The notes below the pieces were generated by a model that was given only the letters and a program-made list of their open reading frames with translations, ran no database searches and had not been told where the DNA came from. Positions 1-10,700 of a stretch of 64,000 nt of DNA are shown piece after piece. Source of the stretch: Macrostomum hystrix (lineage: Eukaryota; Animalia; Platyhelminthes); assembly GCA_950097015.1 (NCBI GenBank), contig CATNEN010000039.1:1860001-1924000 (forward strand), given 5' to 3'. Positions within the stretch are counted from its first letter, which is position 1, and every line of letters starts with the position of its first letter. Both the position numbers and the translations under genes were made by a program.

Positions 1-513
1 ACCACAGTGGCCTCCAACACCACCGCGGCCTCCACCACCACCGTGGCCTCCACCACCACCGTGGCGTCCAACACTATCCCGGCGTCCAACACCATCCCGG
101 CCGCGCGTAGGTGCTACAGTTATCAATCACTTATTTCAGGACCAATTTTCCCACTATCTGCAATGTTCCACTTCTGCCCTGACAACAATGACTGGACATG
201 CTATATATGGACTAGAAAACTACGACACGGATCTTACACGGTAAGTTGCAGCTTTTATAAAGCTGTTCTGGTTACTAGTTAACTCTAAAAGGTTGAACTG
301 CGACTCCTGTCATTCTCTCCAACATTGCAGATCAACGGAGGTTGTAAATTGATTCAAGACCCTTTCATAACTTGGTGCATAAAATGGAACAAAATCTTTG
401 GGGCAGTTACCGACGAGAAGTGCACCGTCTGTTCGAAGGACAATTGCAACATTCCCCCAAACTTGATCGCGGCCTCCACCACCACCGCGGCCTCCACCAC
501 CACCGCGGCCTAG
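1..513 (+). CDS. 3' part of a Thr/Ala/Ser-rich mucin-like protein with a Ly6/three-finger-like Cys domain (5' end outside window)
   Basis: Frame-1 exon 1..240, GT-AG intron 241..330 (phase 0), exon from 331. Spliced product RRCYSY..FCPD..WTCY..|INGGC..WC..KCTVCSKDNCN has the CxxCxxDxCN Ly6-type end and is flanked by TTTAAS repeats. First stop is TAG 511-513. Confidence 0.55.
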
Positions 514-826
514 ACCACCACCGTGGCCTCCACCACCACCGTGGCCTCCACCACCACCGCGGCCTAGACCACCACCGCGGCCTCCAACACCACCGCGGCC
601 TCCAACGCCATCGCGGCCTCCAACACCACCGCGGCCTCCACCACCACCGCGGCCTCCAACATCATCGCGGCCTCCACCACCACCGCGGCCTCCACCACCA
701 CCGCGGCCTCCAACACCACCGCGGCCTCCACCACCACCGCGGCCTCCACCACCACCGCGGCCTCCAACACCACCGCGGCCTCCACCACCACCGCGGCCTC
801 CAACATCATCGCGGCCTCCACCACGA
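472..826 (+). repeat. 18-bp tandem repeat (accaccaccgcggcctcc), Thr/Ala/Ser-coding
   Basis: Direct reading; the same unit occurs at 1..100. Confidence 0.9.
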
Positions 827-1084
827 CCCCATCAAAGAATTAATCAAAGACTTGATAAAAATTTACTAAATCAACTGAAGACTGAATCAACTGGCTAGCA
901 TACTGAATCATAAACAGATCATAAACAGATCGTAAACTATTCTCACTTTTTGATTTTCAACAGATGATTAGATTGGTGAAAATCATTTTTTAATAAAAAA
1001 GAACCCAAAGCTGATATCCTAAATGTACACTTATCTGTCACTCAGACACCTGCTTCCTCAGACTGATTGTGGATCTCAGGGGAA

Positions 1085-1512
1085 TGTGGATTATGAGGCT
1101 GTCACACTGGGTTGTGAGACTGTCACACTGGATTGTGAGGCTGTCACACTGGATTGTGAGACTGTCACACTGGATTGTGAGGCTGTTACACTGGATTGTG
1201 AGGCTGTCACACTGGATTATGAGACTGTCACACTGGATTGTGAGGCTGTTACACTGGATTGTGAGGCTGTTACACTGGATTGTGAGGCTGTTACACTGGA
1301 TTGTGAGACTGTCACACTGGATTGTGAGGCTGTTACACTGGATTGTGAGACTGTCACACTGGATTGTGAGACTGTTACACTGGATTGTGAGACTGTTACA
1401 CTGGATTGTGAGACTGTCACACTGGATTGTGAGGCTGTTACACTGGATTGTGAGGCTGTTACACTGGATTGTGAGACTGTCACACTGGATTGTGAGACTG
1501 TCACACTGGATT
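1085..1512. repeat. 21-bp minisatellite (ctgtcacactggattgtgagg)
   Basis: About 20 tandem copies. Confidence 0.95.
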
Positions 1513-1871
1513 TTAAAATGATTATCCTGGATATTACGAGTATATTGTGAACATTATTTGGTCTTGGCACAGCTTATTGAACTACGAGCGTGAAGCGAAA
1601 GCCTTAAATGAAAGAAAGCATAGAAATAACAAAACAGCAATCAATAGTTATTCTAGACATTTGCGGAAATATTAGTAATACGCGGGTGTAAGTCGCGGGT
1701 TCGTCAGGTAGCACAACACCGACTCGCTAGCAAGCGATGCGAGCGAATTTGGCAGCAACACTGGCGAGGACTGCACAGCGCACGGGGCTAAAAAGGCCGC
1801 CCACCCCCGACCAAAGCCGCGGCGCACCCCCGGCCCCGGCCAACAGCGATTGGCCAGCCAATCTACACTCA

Positions 1872-2255
1872 CATACATTCAAATAACATCAGATGCATTC
1901 AAATAACATCAGTTACATTCAAATAACATCAGTTACATTCAAATAACATCAGTTACATTCAAATAACATCAGTTACATTCAAATAACATCAGTTACATTC
2001 AAATAACATCAGTTACATTCAAATAACATCAGTTACATTCAAATAACATCATCAGTTACATTCAAATAACATCAGTTACATTCAAATAACATCAGTTACA
2101 TTCAAATAACATCAGTTACATTCAAATAACATCAGTTACATTCAAATAACATCAGTTACATTCAAATAACATCAGTCAAATTACATTCAAATTACAGGAT
2201 ACATTCAAATAACATCAGTTACATTCAAATAACATCAGTTACATTCAAATAACAT
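1872..2255. repeat. 20-bp minisatellite (ttacattcaaataacatcag)
   Basis: About 18 tandem copies. Confidence 0.95.
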
Positions 2256-2473
2256 TAGACGTCCGGATGCGCCTTGACTTCCAGACCAGGCTGTCAGGCA
2301 CAGTATGGACGGTTGCTACTCGTCAGAGCCGCCTCCCCTGGCTGCCACGGTGAATCGCCTAGTCTGGCGTTGCCAGGCGTTGCCATAGATACAGGCCACA
2401 CGCAGCAACTGGCCGCCTCTTCTAGCCCTTTAGCGCAGCCGTCGGCGCCCATCATCGCAAGGCTGGAGCTCAA

Positions 2474-2577
2474 GGATCTTTCATCTGGGATCTTTCATCT
2501 GGGATCTTTCATCTGGGATCTATCATCTGGGATCTTTCATCTGGGATCTTTCATCTGGGATCTTTCATGTTGGATCT
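2474..2577. repeat. 14-bp minisatellite (gggatctttcatct)
   Basis: About 7 copies. Confidence 0.9.
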
Positions 2578-2742
2578 TGTTTACTGAATGAACTTGTTTA
2601 CTTGTGGCCTTTAGAAACACCACTGGGCCTAACTGTACATTTAGGATTACTTAAGCACCAGCTAACAACTACTAGTCCTTGACTGGGATATTTCAACTCC
2701 ATTTTTTCTATTCTCTTCACTAAGCGCCTCTTATTCTTCTAG

Positions 2743-3035
2743 GCCGAGGACGGTGCCGAGTTCGACGCCTACCTGCTCGCCAAACGGAATCACGTGAGTC
2801 GCCTGTTGCAGCGACTTAACGCCAGCCTGCCCCGGCTGCGGGGTCAGCATCAGCCGGCATCCAGCATCAGCCAGCATTCGCGCGGTCCGCCTGCTGGCAG
2901 ACGCTCCTGTGGATCTGTGCATCTCGGCGCCGCTGCAGCCCAGTTACGCTGCGCACGACTCCAGCGGCTGTGGCGAGGCGCTGAGGACGCGCCACCAGTC
3001 CGATCATTTCCCTGTGGTTGCAGAGTTAAAAATAA
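2743..3035 (+). pseudogene. Degenerate C-terminal exon of an EEP (exonuclease/endonuclease/phosphatase, TDP2-like) domain
   Basis: Acceptor ttctag at 2742. Frame 1 reads GAEFDAYLLAKRNH..RL; frame 2 reads IRAVRLLADAPV...SDHFPVVAEL, the SDH C-terminal EEP motif. A frameshift is needed to join them, and a SINE abuts the 3' end. Confidence 0.4.
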
Positions 3036-3318
3036 TTGATCACACCTACCTTAATTGGTCGAGATGTGCAGCCGACAGCAGCACAGCCGCAGCTACTGCA
3101 GCTATTGCTACAGCTGTTCAGTCCGTGACCGGGAGACGCCGCATCCACCCTCAACTACCCAGCTAATGCTTAGTACCCATTTAACAGCTGGGGGAACTGA
3201 AGCAATGCAGAGTTAAGTGCTTTTCTAAAGGACACAAATGTTTCCTGTGGAGTCGGGAATCGAACCCCTGACCTTCAAGTCGCGAGTCCGACGCTTAAAT
3301 CACAAGGCTACGACCTCC
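3031..3318 (-). mobile_element. tRNA-derived SINE, family 1 (near full length, CORE-like central domain)
   Basis: Minus strand has a tRNA head with A box and B box (ggttcgattcc), then tgtgtcc..aagcacttaactctgcattgcttcagttc-ccagctgttaaatgggtac. Colinear with the copy at 48485-48770. Confidence 0.85.
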
Positions 3319-3948
3319 TCCATGGATCAAGGATCCTTGATACGTCTCCAAGGTTCAACTCTGTGATAGTATTAGCTCCTTAAAATAGATGGGAGTAGAT
3401 ATACTAGCCGAGTAGGAACAAATTTCTCTTGATTAAAAAGTGTCACCTCGAAAATTCGCATGGTTTGAAAGCGGTGGAATGTGTGGTGCATTCGTTGCTT
3501 TCACCTTGTTATTCGTTAGTGGTCTTTCTGCGCGAGGAATAATTTAAACGCATTATTGTCTTCCATTTTTTTTGCTCACAGAGTCCAGTTTTTTGCTATA
3601 ATTGCATTCAGGACTTTTCGTGATTGAAGAGTTCCATAATTAACTTATAAAATTGACCTTTCTTGAAATTAACTGTTGATAAACAGTAGTAAGAAAAAAA
3701 TATCACAGCAAAAAATGGAATGCTTAATAACTGTCCATCATCGTGTTCGCATTTACCACGATGTACTTGTTTTAATTATTTAATAATTCTCCAAAGTTTG
3801 TATTTAACAAACTGAATAATATGTCATCTCACGATTACGTGAACGCCTGCAGGCACCTGGCCAGTAACAGTTCGCATGCTCATGAGCTGCTGCTGGACAA
3901 TTTGGACTGAATGAATGTTAACTATCTGGAAATCAAGAATAGAATTTG

Positions 3949-4384
3949 CTACTTCACCGAGACGTGTATAGCAATCGAACCAGTATTGAAAAGCATTTTG
4001 TAATTCACTCGATTCCTAATTAGAGTCAACAGCTTATCACGAATGATTGATGAGGCTGTTTTGATCTGAGTTGCCGATCTAACGTTGGCCTTTAACACCT
4101 TGCCCTCTTCGTCGATCACCAGCAGGCAGGGGATGCCGCTGACCTTGTACTGCTGCGCCAGTTCCGTGCGCTCCGGGGCATTGTACGGCACGACATAATA
4201 GTTGCCGTGCGACTCGTTGAAGTAGCTCAGCATCGAGGCCTCGTCCCGGTCGCAAGACACGGCACGGCGGACACCACTGGGCTGAAAAGTACAGCATGAC
4301 CTTCTTGCCCTTGAACAGGTCCTCGCCTTTGTGGCTAGCCTTCGATTTGTCGAGCACCGTGAGCTTCAGCGGGGTGATAGACAT
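3949..4384 (-). pseudogene. Nucleoredoxin/tryparedoxin-like thioredoxin with internal deletion and frameshift
   Basis: ATG at 4384 leads to KGKKVMLYFSAQWCPPCR, which jumps out of frame into VSCDRDEASMLSYFNESHG...YKVSGIPCLLVID. The helix/strand normally found between these motifs is missing. Confidence 0.8.
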
Positions 4385-4564
4385 GCTTGCCGAGAATGAA
4401 TGCTCAGTTGAGTACAAATGCTTGTGTGCCCAGGCTGTTGCGATAAAGCGAATTCGTAGTTATTGAGCTAGAAATCGAATTAATTTTCGACTTGTCTTTG
4501 GCTGCGGGGCCGCTGGGGAGGGTGTACTTGTCCGATCTAAAAATGTACGCTGTTAATCTTATAT

Positions 4565-4660
4565 ATGCTGCTGCGATTCCAGCTATACATGCTGCTGCGA
4601 TTCCAGCTATCTATGCTCCTGCGATTCCAGCAGTTGAGCTCTTACTTCGATTCTAAGTTA
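4565..4660. repeat. Short ~23-bp tandem repeat (atgctgctgcgattccagctat..), related in inverse orientation to 54300-54470
   Basis: Three copies; shared core ggaatcgcagca. Confidence 0.7.
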
Positions 4661-5629
4661 GCTAGAGTTCCTGCCGACCTTCGGATATCCTGTACAGTGC
4701 TGTGACTTGACTGATGCATTTTTTCATGGGAATTCACTTGGTGTCTGTCAACAATGATTAATCATCACAACAAAATTATTTGGCTCACTCCACCTGCAGT
4801 GCAGCCTTGGTCGCTAAGTACAATAAACAGTCACTAAGGCACTCAATACTAATGCTGTTAGGCAATTAGCCGAGGGGACAAGAGGCAGCGGTGCCACCCG
4901 ATCACAGCTGGCCTCACTAATAAGATGGGCAAACAAACTTCCTCCTAGTAGCAGATTGCAGCACCTGAATAATCTGATTGCTTTGATTAAAGGCTTATCC
5001 ACTTTAGCTAATTACGCAAGTGTGCTGACCGTAGTTATACCTGAGTGCTTTCGGCTATTGTGACTTTACAAACCAGGTAAAAAAATAAAAAGCTACATAG
5101 CAGTAAAGCTGTAGGCTACCCATACGGTTACCCATACGATATGATTGTGTTAGCCAGAATTTCACATCAAGCGAATGTTTTGTTTTCTGGCTCCGAAAGC
5201 TGTACAGTTGAAAAATTGCTTGTTGTTATTCGAAATGGCATTTATACATGATCTCGCAAAATGAGTACTTAATTTCTTCTTGTCTTGTAGCTAAAGCTAC
5301 GAGTCCATGAGAGCAATAGTGCCGTTGTCCCCTCTACTGTCAGCCTTCGGATGCTTCCAGCTCGTAATTTCGGTGATGCTAAAAGGCGATCAACTTTAGC
5401 CAAGAAAATGGTAAGTAGACACACTGTCTGAGCCCTGCTAACACAATCAGCTAGCTTTTACTTCAGAAACCACTGGGTGAGTAGAACTCTTGTGAGAATT
5501 AATGCAATGGAAACAAAACTTCGCCCACTGAGGAGAGAAAAAAGCTCGTACAAAACTGTTTAAAAATTTGAGAACTGCGGCCGGATTGTGCACGCACTGC
5601 AGGAGCCCAAGCAAATCAGATCAGACTAG

Positions 5630-5955
5630 AGCTGAGACAAGGGTGAGATCAGGCACGGGAGAGAAGAGAAACGGGTGAGATGAGACACAGGTGTGATGAG
5701 ACACAGGTGAGATCAGGCACGGGAGAGAAGAGACACGGGTGAGATGAGACACGGGTGAGATGAGACACAGGTGAGATCAGGCACGGGTGAGATGAGACAC
5801 GGGTGAGATGAGACACGGCTGAAATGAGACACGGGTGAGATCAGGCACGGGTGAGATGAGACACAGGTGAGATCAGGCACGGGTGAGATGAGACACGTGT
5901 GAAATGAGACACGGGAGAGTTGAGACACGGGAGAGATGAGACGTGGGAGAGATGG
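5630..5955. repeat. 16-bp minisatellite (gagacacgggtgagat family)
   Basis: About 19 degenerate copies; same family as 7170-7600 and 14752-15610. Confidence 0.9.
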
Positions 5956-5996
5956 AAGACAATTGAATTGTTTTTCACCTTTGTAATTTATACAAT

Positions 5997-6335
5997 GGAA
6001 TTCGATTCCATTTCATTCCATTCCCTTCAATTTCATTCTATTCCATTCTATTTCATTCTATTCCATTCTATTCCATTCTTTTTCATTCCATTCTATTCCA
6101 TTCTATTTATTCTATTCCATTCTATTCCATTCCATTCCATTCCATTTATTCCATTCTATTTATTCTATTCCATTCTATTCCATTCTATTCCATTCTATTC
6201 CATTCTATTCCATTCTATTCCATTCTATTCCATTCTATTCCATTCCATTCCATTTATTCCATTCCATTAATTCTATTCGATTCTATTCCATTCCATTCCA
6301 TTCTATTCCATTCCATTCCATTTATTCTATTCCAT
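5997..6335. repeat. (ATTCC/ATTCT)n pentamer satellite
   Basis: Direct reading. Confidence 0.95.
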
Positions 6336-6639
6336 CCTTTGCGACAAATTCTAATATCCTCGACAGAAACTTTCCATCCCTCAGAGCGCCATTTTGTTTT
6401 TTCAATTTTTTGCTCAGAAAATGTGTTCTCAACCTTCACAAACGGTGCAACCATTGCTCAGGTTGAAGGTCTTCTGTGTTGTTTCTCTTGGCCAACCCAG
6501 CCTCAAAGTAAGGCCAAGCTTTGGGGAAAGCTTTGAATATTTAATTCTGTCCAAGTCAGTCAATATCGGTAATTATAATGGGATTTTAGCAGGACCTACA
6601 GACATGCATGCGAGAGTAAAGCTCCCAGTCTAGCTAACA

Positions 6640-6641
<2 letters not shown>

Positions 6642-6693
<52 letters not shown>

Positions 6694-6719
6694 CACACAC
6701 GCACACACACACACACACA
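6642..6719. repeat. (CA)n microsatellite
   Basis: Direct reading. Confidence 0.98.
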
Positions 6720-7169
6720 GGAGGCCGCTGCAACTGCAGCAGGCACTTTATTGAGGCCGCGCTGTGATTGGCTGTCCACCGAGCTGGCCGATTGGACCTC
6801 GTATTCTTGGCATTGAAGGCACGGAAGCCTCTTAAGCGGAAACCGTATCAAGGAGCCAGAATTAGCTCAGCCATTGAGGCCATTTTCTCACACCCGGCCC
6901 ATCTCCTTCCACTTTAACTAATTAGACTCGCGGCACAGGCGCAATGGTACTAATTGACGAAGCAGTTCGCGACACCTGCAGGCAGGGCCTGTTCTGCAAG
7001 ATGACCGCCAGGGAGTTGGCTGGTGAGACTACTGGCGATCCTCAGTCGCTCGATTTCTGTGCAGTAAAAATATACATGTTCTACCTGTGCGTGAGGGGCT
7101 CTCAAAATTGGTCGTGGGTATGCGCCAATCAGTATTGGCTCTGCTGATTTTACAGGAGAGATAAAACAG

Positions 7170-7610
7170 GGAGAGATGAGAGACAATGGTGATGAGACAC
7201 AGTAGAGATGAGACAGGGGAGAGATGAGACACGGGAGAGATCAGACAACGGAGAGATGAGACAGGGGAGAGATGAGACACGGGAGAGATGAGACACGGGA
7301 GAGATGAGACAACGGAGAGATGAGACAACGGAGAGATGAGACAACGGAGAGATGAGACAACGGAGAGATGAGACAACGGAGAGATGAGACAGGGGAGAGA
7401 TGAGACACGGGAGAGATGAGACACGGGAGAGATGAGACAACGGAGAGATGAGACAACGGAGAGATGAGACAACGGAGAGATGAGACAACGGAGAGATGAG
7501 ACAACGGAGAGATGAGACAGGGGAGAGATGAGACAACGGAGAGATGAGACAACGGAGAGATGAGACAGGGGAGAGATGAGACAGGGGAGAGATGAGGAGA
7601 TGAGGAGAGA
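7170..7610. repeat. 16-bp minisatellite (gagacaacggagagat)
   Basis: About 27 copies. Confidence 0.95.
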
Positions 7611-7782
7611 TTTTACAGCTTCTTGAGCAGAATTTTGTGTTTCTTTTTATTTCAGATTTTTAGTTACTTAGTAGTTTAAATCTTCGCTTTATTGTCTCTC
7701 AAAAATGCCAACTTCACCCGTAAACCTCACCGCAGCGAATCAGGAGAACAGGAATTTGAGCAGTCAGCATCCGATTGTCATC

Positions 7783-10700
7783 ATGGCGCATTGTCTCTGG
7801 TGCGAGTCAACGTCGAATATCAATGTGATGAGCCGCGTGTGAGTTGGCGTTTTTTGCTCAGCATTTGCTCGCATTTTATTCGATAGCCTTTGTTTAGTGA
7901 GCCAGCACCTATTCCTTCCATTTCCGATTGAGGCAGCTCGCTCTGCTTCAACCACTACCTGGCCAGCCTGAACTTTAGCGGGCCGGTACCTGAGCCTCCG
8001 TCCCAGATCGACCCGACGGTGACTGACTCCGACGCTTCTGAACCTGCCGACGGCGCTGCCTCTGCTGCCAATCAGCCCGACGGTGTGGCCGTGGTGGCCG
8101 TCCTTCTGGCCCTCTACGCACTACTCATTGTGTCGGGTCTACTCAGCAACCTGATGGTGGCAGTCAGTCTGATCAAGCGGCGAGACTTTGCCAACGTGAC
8201 CAACATGTTCGTACTGGGCCTGTCGCTGAGTGACATACTCATCTGCGGCATGCTCATGCCGTCACTGCTGGTCTATGATCTCACGCGGCGGAACTACATC
8301 GTGGCCAGCCTGCCGAGGACCTTCTACTGCCGCATGCTGCTGACGTCGCTCAGCGTGCCAATCTACGCCAGCTGCCTCATCATCCTATGGGTGGCGGTGG
8401 ATCGCTACAGACTGATTTGCCATCCGCACGGCCGTCGAATGAGCCGAGCAGAGGCCGGCGGCCTCCTGCTGTTCACCGTGCTGCTGGGCCTGCTGGTGCA
8501 CTCGCCTGCAATCATCTTCAACACGGTTGGTCCTTCGACTTTGGTAGAATCTGGTTGAGCCAGTTCTATAATTACGAGAAAGCTTGCGCGATAGTTACGA
8601 TATGAGTGTATAGTATCGAGTACCAGAATTAACCCCCGTGCTTTCAGCTTCGCATTTTTGGATTTTTGCTTTGCTGCTCATTGTGATGGATTTCTCCAAT
8701 CTGTTTAGTCACTCATTGTAGAAGCACCAGAGCGAACATCGCTGATGGTCAGCCCAACTCATCTAAGAGCTACTCATGAAAAGGCAAAACAATTTGAGCC
8801 ACTTTCGAGACACGGCTTGACTCTCATAGCAACCAACAAACCAATTGAAGTGCATTGAGCTTGAGCTGAACTTCAAGGAAAAGATCTCTGAACAAAATTT
8901 TCTCGTCACGTGCACTGAATCTTCATATTTAGCGATTTTGTGTGAAAATCGCCAACTCATTGTCTAGGCATGAAACTCAGGTCCACGTATCTATTTGTAG
9001 GTGGACACCCGCCAGACGGTGGGCTATTGCGCCGAGCGCTGGCCAGACAAAAGCCTCCGCTTAGTGTATTCCATCGGTGCATTCTGCCTGCAGTTCTGCA
9101 CTCCGCTGATCGTCACTGGCGCATTGTACTTTTGCATCTACCGACGTCTCAGCGAGCGAATCGTTCGACACCGGAGAGAGACGAAACGCAAGCGGCGCAC
9201 GAATCGCATTCTGATCAGCATCGTGATCAGCTTTGCGTTCTTCTGGAGCCCCTGGTCGGTGTTCAATGTGGTCTCGGAGGTTGAGCAGTTCCGCGAGAAA
9301 ATCAATCCGCAGAAGGTGGCGGCCTTTATTGACTGCGTGAACGTTACCAAGTCCTGGGACGTCATCAACACTAATATGCGCCTTCTGTTTGAGTCAGGAA
9401 GTGAGTGATGACGACTAGTAGGAAGAGGGTCCACTGTCGCAGCGCGCTGATTGGTCAGCAAGGCAGGTGGGGTGGCTGGTCTATTTGGGGTTTAGTGTGT
9501 CGAGTGGGGTGGGGAATGAGGCGTTGGTGTGTAGCGGTGGTTGGGGTATAGTAATATTTGATAACAGTTACAGGAGGGCTGCGGGCAATGTCGCATCATT
9601 TGGGGACACTAGACACGCAGCCAGCGAGGAGGCAGTTCTGCCCATTCCGCTGGCTCCTGAGCGCACACGCACACAGGTGTGTACAACTGCCCAGACTTTG
9701 TCATCTTCAGACAGTGTACACTTCACTGTGCCTAGGAGGTTGGCCCTCAGGGCAGTGGCGTAGCCAGGATTTTGTCTAGGGGGGCGCCTTTTGTGGGCGC
9801 CACCACATGGGGGCGTCACCACCACATGGGGGCGTCACCACCACATGGGGGCGTCACCACCACATGGGGGCGTCACCACCACATGGGGGCGTCACCACCA
9901 CATGGGGGCGTCACCACCACATGGGGGCGTCACCACCACATGGGGGCGTCACCACCACATGGGGGCGTCACCACCACATGGGGGCGTCACCACCACATGG
10001 GGGCGTCACCACCACATGGGGGCGTCACCACCACATGGGGGCGTCACCACCACATGGGGGCGTCACCACCACATGGGGGCGTCACCACCACATGGGGGCG
10101 TCACCACCACATGGGGGCGTCACCACCACATGGGGGCGTCACCACCACATGGGGGCACCTCTATCACGCGTGCGCCACTACGAGGGGGCGCCAATACCAC
10201 GGGGATGGCACTATCAGGAGGCGCCGCTACTCGTACAATGGGGCGGCACAGAGTTTCGTCAGCTAATTAGGGAGGGGGCCGCGGCCCTCCTTGTCTCCTC
10301 TGGCTACGCCCCTGCTTCAAGGGCGTAAATTGCACAAGCCCCAAGCCTTCTCCCCGCGGCTGCGCCACAAATCAATGTGGCCTCACTGCGGAATCGAGCT
10401 CAGGGACCTTGGTGCGTGAGGTAAACGCCTCAACCACTCTGCCACTCAGCCTCCTGTTGAGCGTGGTACGAGACGATTTTGAATTTGGTCGTGTTCTTTA
10501 CGTAATTTTATCACTGAAGGCTGCATTCGACTATTGAGAATTCAACTTTCTGGTATTCAAGTGGAGACATTGGATCCCACAAGGGCTGCAGTGGATTCGA
10601 CAAGGGGTTCAACTGCGGAAGGATTTGTTTGAGTCAGAGACTAAGAAGATTACTAATCAGGGGCAATAAGAAAAGGTTTAGGAGCAGAAACTCTAATTAA

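Larger units (their letters stand above)
9560..10454 (-). mobile_element. tRNA-headed SINE, family 2, split by a MITE insertion
   Basis: Head ggaggctgagtggcagagtggttgaggcg...ctcgattcc at 10454-10390. The body resumes at 9752 and is colinear with 47110-47312 (gccaacctcc-aggcacagtga...gctcaggag-cagcg-aat-ggcagaa-tgcctcctcgc). Confidence 0.75.

Noticed and set aside
372-869. 165-aa His-rich ORF (HHHRGL)n
   Set aside because: It is the alternative frame of the Thr/Ala/Ser repeat, and the splice phase supports frame 1.
3245-3318. tRNA gene (also 10385-10454, 36750-36780, 48485-48545)
   Set aside because: The cloverleaves are imperfect and each continues into a SINE body, so they are SINE heads.
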